From NCBI GenBank assembly GCA_030704615.1, contig CM060733.1:22568001-22632000 (forward strand): a stretch of DNA of 64,000 nucleotides, read 5' to 3'. A model generated the notes under the pieces. The model saw only the letters and a list, made by a program, of their open reading frames with translations, was not told where the DNA came from and ran no database searches. This stretch comes from Takakia lepidozioides. Lineage: Eukaryota; Plantae; Bryophyta. The first letter of the stretch is position 1. Every line of letters starts with the position of its first letter. The position numbers and the translations under genes are program-made. Shown piece after piece: positions 13,130 through 24,556 of this stretch.

Positions 13130-14170
13130 GCACGATGGAATTCCGGCGCCGGATTTCCATCCTGCAGGTAATTCGGAGCGCAGCAGGATGGATATCCGGC
13201 GCCGAATTTCCATCCGCGGAGGAAGGGCGGCGCTGGAAATTTCCCTCACGCAGGTAATTCGGAAGCGCGCGGATGGAAATCCGGCGCCGAATTTCCATCC
13301 AGCCAGGTAGGGCGGCGCTGGAAATTTCCCTCACGCAGGTAATTCGGAAGCGCGCGGATGGAAATCCGGCGCCGAATTTCCATCCAGCCAGGTAGGGCGG
13401 CGCGCCGAATTTCCCTCACGCAGGTAATTCGGAAGCGCGCGGATGGAAATCCGGCGACGAATTTCCATCCAGCCAGGTAGGGCGGCGCCGGAAATTTCCC
13501 TCACGCAGGTAATTCGGAAGCGCGCGGATGGAAATCCGGCGCCGAATTTCCATCCAGCCAGGTAGGGCGGCGCGCCGAATTTCCCTCACGCAGGTAATTC
13601 GGAAGCGCGCGGATGGAAATCCGGCGACGAATTTCCATCCAGCCAGGTAGGGCGGCGCCGGAAATTTCCCTCACGCAGGTAATTCGGAAGCGCGCGGATG
13701 GAAATCCGGCGCCGAATTTCCATCCAGCCAGGTAGGGCGGCGCTGGAAATTTCCCTCACGCAGGTAATTCGGAAGCGCGCGGATGGAAATCCGGCGCCGA
13801 ATTTCCATCCAGCCAAGTAGGGCGGCGCCGGAAATTTCCCTCACGCAGGTAATTCGAATACCGGATGAATGGAAATTCGGCGCCGAATTTCCATCCTGCA
13901 GGTAAGTGGAATCCCGGATAAATGGAAATTCGGCGCCGAATTTCCATCCTGCAGGTAATTCGAATCCCGGATGAATGGAAATTCGGCGCCGAATTTCCAT
14001 CCAGCAGGTAAGTCGGATCGGTGGCGTATGGATATTCGGCGCCGAATTTCCATCCTGCAGGTAATTCGAATCCCGGATGAATGGAAATTCGGTGCCGAAT
14101 TTCCATCCAGCAGGTAAGTCGGATCGGTGGCGTATGGATATTCGGCGCCGAATTTCCATCCTGCAGGTAA
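13130..14170. repeat. Upstream palindrome array of family B copy 1: 85-bp units, then ~63-bp units, each with GATGGAAAT(T/C)CGGCGCCGAATTTCCATC
   Basis: Period of 85 bp visible (TCACG at 13246, 13331, ...; spurious ORF ends step by 85). Confidence 0.95.
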
Positions 14171-15179
14171 AGGGGAGACACACTACATATGTAGTATGAA
14201 TGCAGGGGAGTAACATTGAAATTTTGTTTGGCATCAGGATTCGGCATTGCTACAAAGGGAGTGCCCTGGTGCTAATAACAGGAGGAGATTATCCATGCCT
14301 ACAGGTAATTCCATGGGCACACTATGCTATTGCTCTGCCAGGATAAAATGTGGCTAAGACATGACATACGCCTTTTCATCCGTAGGATGAATGATTTTCC
14401 TCGAGATGTTTAAACCTAGAAGCTCGGGTTGAGGAAAACGAAGAGGAAGGCGACGGGCAACTTTTCGCAGTTGCTACAGTGGTGTTGGCAGGGCAGTCTC
14501 TCTTAGGAAGTTGCACCTACGCTAAGAGAATCAACGTGCTTTAAAAGCGACGTTAAGGGCGTCTGCTTGGCATTCTGTGCAAGGGGAAGCGGTGCCGCTT
14601 TCTTCGTGGTAGTGATCAATTCTGAAGGCCGAGCATGCGATGAGAGCGGTGCACCACCGCTACCACCATTGCCTTGAAGAGCACAGTTATGAGGGGATGG
14701 AGCGGCTCAACAGTTGCCAGGGCAGGTCAAGTGCTGGCTGGTGTGGATGGCAAATCAGGTTATCTGTAATTAAAACTAGCTGCTTTCTGTCTTCTTGCTA
14801 TTGGACCATATCAATGCTTAGGGGAGAATTGTACATATAGAAGGATAGGGTAGTTAGTTGGCAAGCGACAGGGTTACTGCCATGGGCTGAAACAGAGCCG
14901 TTATGACTCACTGAATGCTTGAATCGACGAATATCTGAAAGGTGGAGTGGCATAGCGATGACAGGATCTGACATACATAGATCTTTGTTTTTACAAACGT
15001 GGCATTCAGACGACAAGAGGAGTTAGGGTAGTTGCTGACAGAGATGGTGAGGTGCCATTTCGGACAGGTAATCCCACCGCTTCAGCTGGAGTATAAGACA
15101 GCTAAGTTAATAGAGACAAGGGGTTGTTTTTTTTTTTTTGACTTAGATAGATGTCACTGAAATGATTGAAGGCTCTGGA

Positions 15180-15480
15180 GTTAGTAGAGAGAGTATGAGA
15201 ACGTTTTGAAAAATGAATGGAGTGGTGGCTTGGGCTTCAAACCAGAATGGTGTAGAGAGGATGAGAGATGATGCATGTCTTTGGGGAATGGTGATAGAAG
15301 GCAGATGCAGCCATCTACAATCAATGCATATATAGTGTTTGTCCTGCTTTTGATTTTAAGATTCAGCACACTGAATCTGGAGCAAACTGTGCATCAGTGC
15401 TTAGAGTTAAACAAGTCTGCAAAATGAACAGTATAGGGAGATTCACCAAGGGAATCTGTGCACTTGCTACATGGTAGAAA
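15180..15480 (-). pseudogene. Possible highly degenerate LINE reverse-transcriptase remnant
   Basis: Fragments SPILFIL and DGCICLLSPFPKDMHHLSSSLHHSGL loosely resemble the LINE RT LSPxLF and post-YADD regions. Catalytic motif not preserved. Confidence 0.25.
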
Positions 15481-16594
15481 TGAGGGACAGAGTCTGTAAC
15501 TGTCAGCATTAGGGTATGAGAATGAGGAGAGATTTTGTTTGGGAGGAGAGAAAAGCTAAGAGATAAGGTGGTGTGTACTTATGATTCCAAGGAGGATTTT
15601 TGCGAAAGGTCTCCACTGGATGTGTGCCTTGTATATTTGCATTGCATGAAGAAGGGTTGTCTGGTCTAATATGGGCACTTGCATCAGAAAGGGAGAAAAC
15701 ATTGGGAAAAGAGAGATCTGTTCAGCAAAAGAATGATGAAGGGAGGGCCAGTTGAGAGATAAAGGAAAGACCATGAGTTGCATAGAAATAGCAGACCTGC
15801 ACTGGATGGTAGATCCATGTTACCTTGCATTTTCGGTGATTGCATGAGAACAAAGGGGGTTCAAGTAGATGCTACATGCAAATGGTGAACTCATAGGCTG
15901 TCATTAACCCTCTGGTAAGCTGTTTTGAGTGACTGTATCAGCATGAAAACTAAGCATGGTGCAAGACAGAACCCTAGTCAGGCCTGTTGCACTATGCAGG
16001 GAACACCTTCACTTGTCCCATCCATGTCTTCTCTTCCGCTGTGGCGTGGATGAGGGCTTTATGAACTCTGATCATAAACAACATGGATGTAGCCAACCAT
16101 GAGAGAGGGAGAACCAGAATACCAACAAGACCTTGCACTAAGAACTAGATTAGAATTAGACAGAAGGGGATATATGCCCCCTTCTTTTTCACACTACACT
16201 ATCATCAATGAATCAATCTGGGAATTACTTCAAGATTTTGGCTTGCCATACTTATCAAGTAAACCACAAGATCTTATATAACATTGCCAATGATACACAA
16301 AGTCTTGTGGTTTACATGGTAAGTTTGATCATGCACTCTTGAAATCCCCTTAATCATTGTGGTTAATCACCTAGGTTATTAATAGTGTTTTGTGTCAGAC
16401 TGGTCATCTTAAACAGACAGAAAAGAATGGTCATTACGAGCACCAGAGACCTCGAGAGGCGGTATATCTTCCGGGAAAGCAACGACGGGAGGTCTCCCGA
16501 CATAATAAAGCCGGGAGATCTCCCGTCAATCCACATTTGCTAGCAAATATGTCAAGTAAAGTTTACTAGTAGTGTGAAACTAGCCAATAAATAA

Positions 16595-16635
16595 CTAGTT
16601 TTTATATATGACACTTGGGCTTGATCCAAGTGTCA
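16595..16635 (-). other. Helitron-like 3' terminus (10-bp stem hairpin, 10-nt spacer, CTAG|T)
   Basis: TGACACTTGG-gcttgat-CCAAGTGTCA at 16609-16635. CTAG at 16595-16598 is followed by T on the minus strand. Confidence 0.4.
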
Positions 16636-16957
16636 ACCCAGGGATCAAGATATTTGTTGGCCCTGGGCGTGGTTTATCTTCACGGCGAACGCGCGGCGAG
16701 GCTCATCTCTCTCGAGTTGAGCCTCCCGCGTCGGCTATGGCGCGTATACTGTTGATTCCCCAAAGCCTTGGCGGTGCAGTGGGCTTGATTCTTATTTTAT
16801 GAGTGAAATGTTGGTTTGGTTTTGTGCATCTTTTCACTCGAGAGAGATGAGTTTGCATCTGTGAGTGCAAGATGTGAGCTTAATTAGTTTTTAGCACTTG
16901 TGGGTTTTGTGTGAAGATGAGAGAGAAACACGAGGGTGCAATGGCAAGATAAGCTTC

Positions 16958-17955
16958 TGTTAGAGGACTGTAGGGGACTTAGACACTTATACGGGATCTG
17001 TAGGGTACCCTTAATTTTTGCACAGACTGAGACAAACAGGAACCTTAGGGGTGACAGCAGCGCACTGTAGAGGGGGGTTACATAGCCCACACAGCCGACA
17101 CAGCAGTCACAGCCCACACAGCCAACACAGCCGTCACCGTCACAGTCGTCACACAGCCCACACAGCCCACACAGCCGTCACAGCCCACACAGCCCGTCAC
17201 AGTCGTCACAGCCCACACAGCCCACACAGCCGTCACAGCCCACACAGCCCGCACAGTCGTCACAGCCCACACAGCCCACACAGCCAGTCACAGCCCGACA
17301 CAGCCAAACACAGCCAGTCACCGCTTGACACAGCTGTCACGATAATAGGGAACGAAGAGTAGGACAGGGAACGACTGTGGGGAACAACACCCGTGAAGGA
17401 AACATGTTAGTTCACATACGACGGTTAGAGAGGGAAACGGTTAGAACCGCGGATAGGAGGATAAAGGGAAAAACGGGGAATGAAGAAGGGGATCATTATT
17501 CGGGGAGGACTTCGGAGTCAGGCGGGAGCGGAGATCGGAGAGCACGATGAAGGAGAAAAGAGGATTAGTAGATGCTTGTTATATGCAAAGCTGTAGTGAT
17601 ATTGTAGAGCAGATTAGAGACATAATGGCTTCGGCCTGATACCTGATAAATCATAATCTGACACTTATACGATACAATCACACTGTGTAGAGAGATCTGA
17701 GTGAAGCTGTGGATTGAATGGATTAGTGGAGGAACCGATAGATTGATGAAGCAAACTGATACTTAATTATCAATGGTAAGGTAGCTAAGATGAATGCGGA
17801 AAGGGAAACAAATAGGAAACACCCCCATGATACACTAGCTGTAGGTCATGACTGATTGTTCTGCGCGGGCTGAGTACTTAGAGATTTCCAACTCTTCTAT
17901 CTTGGAGTTTCCGCCTCGGATAGCGAAGGGATGGGTGAGTAAAAGCCGCGCGACA
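16958..17955 (+). repeat. Family A 5' LTR (998 bp, CACAGCC microsatellite in U3)
   Basis: TGTTAGAGG...CGCGCGACA. Direct repeat of 29307-30326. Confidence 0.97.
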
Positions 17956-18543
17956 TTTGGCGACCATACTGGGGACCTGGGACATGAACAACCAGATGTG
18001 ACAGGCATCTGGTGGGATCATGGTGGTTGGACCATTAAAGAATTTGAAGTGAATCAAATTCCCTGTGGAACGAAGGAAGAAAGATTGTCCAAACAATTCT
18101 TTCAAAGGTTCTTGGAATTGCCAGACGGATGTAAAGAAAATATTCTTAAACGAGTGCATGATGCTGATCCAGAATGGGGTCTGGAGAAAGGAGTGATAAA
18201 GATTTATCAGGTAGCCTGTAGAGGAAGAGCACGTTGGTTACCAACATTAGTTTATGTGATAGCGTTGCTATCCATTAAACGAGTAGAGTTTGAAGGCTGG
18301 GAAGAAAGAAAGGTGAATGTTTATACTCATATGCATGAAGAGCTTGTACTGGTAAAGAATTGGATTCCAAAGGATATTTTGTGGATCAAACTCACACCAA
18401 GAACAGCTTTTCAGACTTGTTTGCCATATGGTTATATGGTAACGGAGACTTCAAGTATAGCCAAGGGTGCATTGAAGCTTGAAAGAAATCCAGGCATATA
18501 CGAGAGATATTACAGAAGAGAGTTTTGGTTATTGCCACATTAA
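17848..18543 (+). CDS. ORF0 upstream of gag, 231 aa, unknown function
   Basis: Stop-free frame starting in the LTR U5 and crossing the PBS, with globular-looking Trp-rich composition. Only one copy is available. Confidence 0.45.
   Translation: MTDCSARAEYLEISNSSILEFPPRIAKGWVSKSRATFGDHTGDLGHEQPDVTGIWWDHGGWTIKEFEVNQIPCGTKEERLSKQFFQRFLELPDGCKENILKRVHDADPEWGLEKGVIKIYQVACRGRARWLPTLVYVIALLSIKRVEFEGWEERKVNVYTHMHEELVLVKNWIPKDILWIKLTPRTAFQTCLPYGYMVTETSSIAKGALKLERNPGIYERYYRREFWLLPH
17958..17975 (+). promoter_or_regulatory. Primer-binding site TGGCGACCATACTGGGGA (probably tRNA-Arg)
   Basis: TGG starts 2 nt after the LTR. Resembles Arg-type PBSs of Tat/Ogre-like elements; tRNA identity is from memory, not verified. 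Confidence 0.75.
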
Positions 18544-18564
18544 AAGAAATGAAAGACATGGGAC

Positions 18565-21500
18565 ATGAGTGATGAAAGAGAAGCTAGACGACAAAGATAT
18601 TCATCAAAAAGAGAAAGCTATCTGAAAGCTAATTATCCATATCTTTGGGAGAGAGGAATAGACATAGGGGAATCATCTGGACCTCTCACACCATCAAGAT
18701 CAAAAAGTGCATCACCTATACCGGAAGAACTAGAGTTGGATGCCACTCCTTCTGTTTCTTTGCAAGAAAGATTAAGGGAATTGGTACAGGAAGAAGATCA
18801 ATCACGAGGTGAAAGATCTGAGGTACATCCTTGGATAAAAGACTTGACAGAAATCTTTGATAAGAGTTGGCATGGAACACCAAAAGCAGGAACTCCAGTT
18901 TCTGAAGCAGAAGATGAAGAAGGAGATGAGGATGTGGCAGAGCCAACGGAGAGTTCAGACTCTCCAACACCATTACAGTTGAGTTACATGAGTGAAGAAG
19001 AAACCCAAGGGCAGAACTTGGAGGATGAAAACAGAGAGAAGAAATTAGAAGAGGAAGAATATGAAGAAGTAGACCCAACAGCTGAGGTTGAGACTACAAC
19101 CAGGACATCCCAACCCGTTGGACCTGGATCAAGTGGAGCACTTGGATCACAGGCCAACGAAGGTGTCGGCTCAGGGGGATCAGGCGGGCTGCCTGGATCT
19201 GGCTCTGGGGGGACAGGGAGTGTGGGAAGTAGTGCAACTGAAGCTGGGAATACTGTGAATATCGTGGGGCCAGAAGCAGGGAGTGCTCAAGGGCCACCAC
19301 TTGGTGGAAGATCCACCACAAAAACAACAGGTCCAGAAGGACCAGCACCAGCAAGGGTGCCAGCACCTGTCAGTGGGCAGAAGGTAGGGCCACAGATGGC
19401 GTTACAACCAACACGGGCAAAACCACCCTTTCCAATATATTCAGGAAAAGGGGATCCCGATGTACACATTAGCCAATTTGAGCACATGTGTATAGTGAAC
19501 AATGAGAATGGCGATGATGCCAAGATGAGACTGTTTCCTTGTTCACTTATCAAGAAAGCAAGTGAATGGTATGCAAGATTCCCTGATAATCATTTCCTAA
19601 CCTGGAATGGCTTGAATACAGCATTTCGAAATAGGTTCAGGACAAGTAAAACTGAGGATGAAGTGTATGGAAGTTTACAACAGCTGAAGCAGAAGAAGCA
19701 TGAAACTGTTGAAGAGTATATGGAGAAGATGGAATTGATGATGAAAAAGCTGGCTGCAGTACCAGCACCCGGTTTACAGAAGACTTGGTTTGTGAGTGGA
19801 CTAAGACCAGAGTTGCAGAAGAAAGTGGATATGTTACCCCATAATACAGTGGAGGAGGCATTTGAAACTGCAAACAGAATTGAGCAATTGGGAATGCTCA
19901 GGAGAGAGAAAAAGGAAGATGAGGACTCTGAAGATGAGTCAGATGAAGAAGAAGAGCAAGAACTAAAAAGAAAGAGTAAGAGAAAGGAAAAGTTGAAGAG
20001 GGATAACTATGAGAAAAGATTGGAAGAAATCTTGAAGAAGTATGCCACAGAGGCTGCAACACATTGGAGGAAGGGTGTATGGTGTGCAAAGTGCCAGAAT
20101 GAAGGCCATACCACTACAGAATGCCACATGAAGGAGAAACACTGTACTATCTGTAAAATGGATAACCATTCTACTGAGAATTGTTACTACAACAGAAGGA
20201 CAGCTGCAAGAGAACCTAGGCAAGTGAGGGTGCATCAGGTGCAGCCCCAGCCAAGAAGAAGCAATGATCAGGACCACTATGGTAGGTCTGGTGGTTATAA
20301 CAATGGCATGGAAGGGAGAGGTAATTCAAGAGGGAATTACCAAGGAAATTCCAGAGGCAACTATCAGGGTAATCCAAGGGGGAATTACCAGCCCGGGAAT
20401 CAGGATTATAGAAATAATCCAAGACCAGACCAAGGGCGAGGACCCAATGGTGAAGAGCTATGTTACTATTGTAATCAGCCAGGACATCGCAAGGCAGCCT
20501 GTTCATTCTGGATAAGACACCAGAATGAGATGAGAGCTCCTGTGAATGAGGGCCCAGTGGTGGCAGCTCACATGGTTAGGCCATGTGTTGTACCAGAAGT
20601 AAGTACAATGATAGTAACAAGAAGTAAAGCCAAACTAATACCTCCAGTAGAAGAGGAAGAAGATGAGACTGGAAGTGGCAATGATATGCCTGAAGATGAA
20701 GAGACTTGGAAAGATGAGAAGGAACTGCACAAGGAAGTGGCAGATACTATAAGGGAAATGCAAAAGAGTACGGATATTCCTGTGGCAGATTCCTCTGATT
20801 CGGATGGAGAAAAAGAGGGGAGTGAGGAAGAAAGGAAAAAAGAAGATGCAGACATGCAAAGTAATGAAGAGACTTTGGCTGAAGTAATATGTCAGACCAA
20901 AGCAGAAATTACCATTGGACAGCTATTAGCTGTGGCACCTTATTGTAGGCACAGGCTGTATCAGGCAATCAATCGAATTGCCCAAGAGACAGGAAACACA
21001 GACCTGAACAGCAAGGTGACCAGTTATAATGTGAAGCCGGAAGGGCGAGAACCAGTCATGGACTTTGATGATTCTATGCCAGTAATCCAATTGAGAATTG
21101 GAAGCACAGAACTAACTGATGTACTGATAGATGGTGGTTCTGGAGTAAATATCATGACAGACCAATTAAGGAAGAAGCTTGGTCTAAGTAACATGAAACC
21201 AGCCCCATTTACAGTAACAATGGCAGATCAAAGAAGTGTACAGCCATTGGGATTAATAAGAGGAGTTAAGATACAGATACAGAAAATGATCTTTATGATC
21301 ACAGTAACTGTATTAAAAATGGATGAAGTCATGGAGGCTTACTCCTTATTATTGGGACGTCCGTGGCTGAAACAGGCCAGGGTATTCCATGACTGGAATT
21401 CTCAGTTACTAACTGTGCATAATGGGATGCACGAGATACAAATTACCACAAAGAAATCTAGTAGATTACCTGCTACAAGAAGACCTCGAGGAGTCAGAGA

Positions 21501-21600
21501 GTATGACTGGAGGGAGGACTGGATGAGGAGCAGGAAGCTACCCTATTTGCTGCACACCCAGAATGGGAGCAGGTTGCAGAGATGCGGCTGGAAAGCCTAA
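18565..21600 (+). CDS. gag: Gag-protease (capsid, three CCHC knuckles, aspartic protease)
   Basis: YSGKGDPDVHISQF...LFPCSLIKKASEWY; CAKCQNEGHTTTEC, CTICKMDNHSTENC, CYYCNQPGHRKAAC; VLIDGGSGVN. Frameshift at ~21515 relative to the 1-3530 copy. Confidence 0.93.
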   Translation: MSDEREARRQRYSSKRESYLKANYPYLWERGIDIGESSGPLTPSRSKSASPIPEELELDATPSVSLQERLRELVQEEDQSRGERSEVHPWIKDLTEIFDKSWHGTPKAGTPVSEAEDEEGDEDVAEPTESSDSPTPLQLSYMSEEETQGQNLEDENREKKLEEEEYEEVDPTAEVETTTRTSQPVGPGSSGALGSQANEGVGSGGSGGLPGSGSGGTGSVGSSATEAGNTVNIVGPEAGSAQGPPLGGRSTTKTTGPEGPAPARVPAPVSGQKVGPQMALQPTRAKPPFPIYSGKGDPDVHISQFEHMCIVNNENGDDAKMRLFPCSLIKKASEWYARFPDNHFLTWNGLNTAFRNRFRTSKTEDEVYGSLQQLKQKKHETVEEYMEKMELMMKKLAAVPAPGLQKTWFVSGLRPELQKKVDMLPHNTVEEAFETANRIEQLGMLRREKKEDEDSEDESDEEEEQELKRKSKRKEKLKRDNYEKRLEEILKKYATEAATHWRKGVWCAKCQNEGHTTTECHMKEKHCTICKMDNHSTENCYYNRRTAAREPRQVRVHQVQPQPRRSNDQDHYGRSGGYNNGMEGRGNSRGNYQGNSRGNYQGNPRGNYQPGNQDYRNNPRPDQGRGPNGEELCYYCNQPGHRKAACSFWIRHQNEMRAPVNEGPVVAAHMVRPCVVPEVSTMIVTRSKAKLIPPVEEEEDETGSGNDMPEDEETWKDEKELHKEVADTIREMQKSTDIPVADSSDSDGEKEGSEEERKKEDADMQSNEETLAEVICQTKAEITIGQLLAVAPYCRHRLYQAINRIAQETGNTDLNSKVTSYNVKPEGREPVMDFDDSMPVIQLRIGSTELTDVLIDGGSGVNIMTDQLRKKLGLSNMKPAPFTVTMADQRSVQPLGLIRGVKIQIQKMIFMITVTVLKMDEVMEAYSLLLGRPWLKQARVFHDWNSQLLTVHNGMHEIQITTKKSSRLPATRRPRGVREYDWREDWMRSRKLPYLLHTQNGSRLQRCGWKA

Positions 21601-21730
21601 GTTGTTTGAGAGGTATCTGCTGTGGTGTAGTGACAGCAACACCAACTGAAGAAGAAACCAGCATTTACCCATCACATTTCTATGAAGAAAGAGAAGGAGA
21701 GAAATAGAAATCCTAGAAGAACCAGCCACT

Positions 21731-24556
21731 GTGAGCTTACAGGATGAAGTGGTGACTGGTTGGACAATCACAGCTGATGAGCAGGTGAGAGAAGTAAATG
21801 TGGGAACTCAGGAGGAACCGAGAATGGTGAAAGTAGGAGCTGATTTGGAGCCGGAGTTCTTCGAAGAAGCTAAAAGCTTGTTCATCAAATACAGAGATGT
21901 ATTTGCTTGGAGCTATGAGGATCTAAAAGGGATACCACCTGAAGTCTGTCAGCATAAAATTGAACTGGAACCAGGGTCAGTACCAATCAAGCAGGCGAGG
22001 TATAGAATGAATCCCAACTACGCACAGAAGGTTGGAGAAGAGATAAAGAAGTTGGCTGAGGCTAAGTTTATATACCCAATAGAGTATACAACTTGGTTGT
22101 CACCCATTGTTATAGTTCCCAAGAAGAATGGCAAACTAAGAGTATGTGTGAACTATAAGAAGCTGAATGCTTGTACGAAGAAAGATCCTTTCCCTTTGCC
22201 ATTCACAGAAGCAGTATTAGACACTGTGGCAGGCCATGAGATGTACTCATTCATGGATGGCTTCAGTGGTTATAATCAAGTGCAAGTGGCAGAAGAAGAC
22301 CAAGGGAAAACAGCTTTCATCACAGACTGGGGGGCTTATGCATACAAAGTCATGCCCTTTGGACTTTGTAATGCACCAGCGACCTTTCAGAGAGTGATAA
22401 GTGAATCTTTTCAAGAGTATCTGGATGATTTCATGCAGGTGTTTTTGGATGATTTCAGTGTGTACAGCTCTAAGAATGAGCACTTGCATAAATTGGAGTT
22501 ATGCCTGGCCAGATGCAGGATGAGAGGTCTGGGCTTGAATCCAGAGAAGTGTACTTTCTGTGTGAACTCAGGGGTGCTTCTGGGACACATTGTGTGTAAG
22601 AAGGGACTTCTTGTGGATCCCAGGAAGACAGAGTCCATTAAAGTCTCTCCACCACCAGTGAATGTTAAGAGTTTAAGGAGATTCCTTGGGCAAACCAGTT
22701 ATTACAGAAGATTTGTCAAAAGGTATGCACAAATAGCAGCACCATTGAGCAAGCTTCTGAAGAAAGATGCAGTGTTTGCATGGACAGCTGAATGTCAACA
22801 GGCGTTTGAGGAACTTACACTGTCAGTAACAACTACACCTGTGCTGATTAACCCTCACTGGCATGTAGTATTTCATGTTCACTGCGATGCATCAGGAGAA
22901 GCGTTGGGAGCGGTGTTAGCCCAGAATGTTACAGGGAATATAGATTCACCTGTGTACTATGCTAGCCGGTTGATGAACAGTGCTGAGAGGAACTATAGCA
23001 CAACGGAAAGAGAAGCATTGGCAATGATCTATGCAGTGAAGAAATTCAGGCATTACCTATTGGGAAGAAAGTTTATGTTTTATGTGGATCACCAGGCTCT
23101 GATATATCTGGTGAACAAACCTTTGATAAGTGGAAGGATAGCGAGGTGGTTAATAATCTTGCATGAGTTTGAGTTCGAGGTTATTTACAAGCCTGGCCGT
23201 TTGCATCTTGTGGCAGATCATTTGTCACGACTAACAACAGGAGAGGCCGCCACAGGAGTGGACGATCAGTTACCTGATGCGAGTTTATTTGTAATGGAGG
23301 TGCAAGGAAGTGCAGATGAATGGTTAGATTGGCAGTGGCCAATCAGATACTACCTTGCTCATGGTCAGTGCCCACCTAGTTATGGTAAGGAGCAGAGGAA
23401 GAGAATTGCTATCAGAGCTTTACCTTATACTATGGTAGGAAGCAGAATGTATAAGTTAGGACCTGATGGAGTACTAAAACGATGCTTGTACCACCATGAA
23501 GTAAATAAAGTCTTGGAGGAAGTTCATAAAGGAGTGGCTGGAGGTCATTTTGGAGAAGAGACTACCAGTAGAAAGATACTACTCGCAGGATACTGGTGGC
23601 CTACTTTGTTCAAAGATGTACATGAGTATTGTCAGAAGTGTGATGAATGTCAGAGGCTAGGACCTTTGCAGAGATCTGGAAGAATGGCCTTGCATCCTAC
23701 AATGCCTACGGAACCATTTCAGAAATGGGGACTAGACTTTGTTGGACCAATTAATCCACCATCCAAGAATACACAAAACAGGTACATAATTACAGCCACT
23801 GATTATACTACAAAGTGGGTGGAAGCTAAAGCTTTGAGGGACAACACAGCCAAGTCCACAGCAAGGTTCCTGTACGAGAACATACTTACACGATTTGGAT
23901 GTCCCTTAGAATTTATCAGTGATCAAGGAAGTCACTTCATGAATGAGACCATTGAGTTATTGACTAAAGAGTTTATGATTGTGCATAGAAAGAGTACAAC
24001 ATATTACCCACAGGGTAATGGACAGGCAGAGGCTACCAACAAAATACTATGTACTATCTTGGCTAAGATAGTCAATGCAAACAGAACGGATTGGGATACA
24101 AAGCTGCTGACAGCTTTATGGTCATACAGGACTTCATATAAAGTCACCACTAAGTATACACCATTCCAATTAGTTTATGGTATGGAAGCCTTACTTCCAG
24201 TGGAATTCCTGTTACCTACCATGAGAACGGAGTGGGGAAAAAGAATGGAATTGCAAGACTCCATCAAGGTCAGGAAACATGAATTATACCATGTGGAAGA
24301 AATACGTGCTGATGCAGCTGATAATATGACCAGAATTCAGATGAAGAGAAAGGAACAGTTTGATGAAGGCAAGTTAAAGACTTTTAAGACGGGGGATTTG
24401 GTTCTATGGTTGCAAAGAAAGGAAAGATTCAAGCTTCTAAGCTTAAATCACCATGGAAAGGACCTTATGTCATACAAAAGATGTATGATAACAACACAGC
24501 CATGTTACAAACCATTAACAAAGAAATGCTGGGAAGAGTCAATGCAAATAAGTTGA
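21731..24556 (+). CDS. pol: Pol: reverse transcriptase, RNase H, integrase
   Basis: FLDDF; HCDASG; HHCC zinc finger (VHKG...GH...CQKCDECQ); WGLDFVGP, FISDQGSHF, NGQAEATNK. A 1-nt deletion at ~24415 shifts the WKGPY tail. Confidence 0.97.
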   Translation: MSLQDEVVTGWTITADEQVREVNVGTQEEPRMVKVGADLEPEFFEEAKSLFIKYRDVFAWSYEDLKGIPPEVCQHKIELEPGSVPIKQARYRMNPNYAQKVGEEIKKLAEAKFIYPIEYTTWLSPIVIVPKKNGKLRVCVNYKKLNACTKKDPFPLPFTEAVLDTVAGHEMYSFMDGFSGYNQVQVAEEDQGKTAFITDWGAYAYKVMPFGLCNAPATFQRVISESFQEYLDDFMQVFLDDFSVYSSKNEHLHKLELCLARCRMRGLGLNPEKCTFCVNSGVLLGHIVCKKGLLVDPRKTESIKVSPPPVNVKSLRRFLGQTSYYRRFVKRYAQIAAPLSKLLKKDAVFAWTAECQQAFEELTLSVTTTPVLINPHWHVVFHVHCDASGEALGAVLAQNVTGNIDSPVYYASRLMNSAERNYSTTEREALAMIYAVKKFRHYLLGRKFMFYVDHQALIYLVNKPLISGRIARWLIILHEFEFEVIYKPGRLHLVADHLSRLTTGEAATGVDDQLPDASLFVMEVQGSADEWLDWQWPIRYYLAHGQCPPSYGKEQRKRIAIRALPYTMVGSRMYKLGPDGVLKRCLYHHEVNKVLEEVHKGVAGGHFGEETTSRKILLAGYWWPTLFKDVHEYCQKCDECQRLGPLQRSGRMALHPTMPTEPFQKWGLDFVGPINPPSKNTQNRYIITATDYTTKWVEAKALRDNTAKSTARFLYENILTRFGCPLEFISDQGSHFMNETIELLTKEFMIVHRKSTTYYPQGNGQAEATNKILCTILAKIVNANRTDWDTKLLTALWSYRTSYKVTTKYTPFQLVYGMEALLPVEFLLPTMRTEWGKRMELQDSIKVRKHELYHVEEIRADAADNMTRIQMKRKEQFDEGKLKTFKTGDLVLWLQRKERFKLLSLNHHGKDLMSYKRCMITTQPCYKPLTKKCWEESMQIS

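Larger units (their letters stand above)
3531..14170 (-). mobile_element. Family B TIR DNA transposon copy 1 (ParB-MTase cargo; far end not found)
   Basis: Colinear inverted homology with ~45230-52696. TIR at 3531. Palindrome arrays at 6130-6793, 9500-9650 and 13130-14170. Confidence 0.8.

Noticed and set aside
13130-14170. CRISPR-like appearance of the palindromic repeat arrays (also 8000-9499, 45230-45690, 62003-62397)
   Set aside because: The spacers are themselves repeated, there are no cas genes, and the context is eukaryotic TE sequence.
21500-21730. Programmed gag-pol frameshift in family A
   Set aside because: The 1-3530 copy reads in frame from protease into RT; copy 1 simply has a -1 and a +2 indel.
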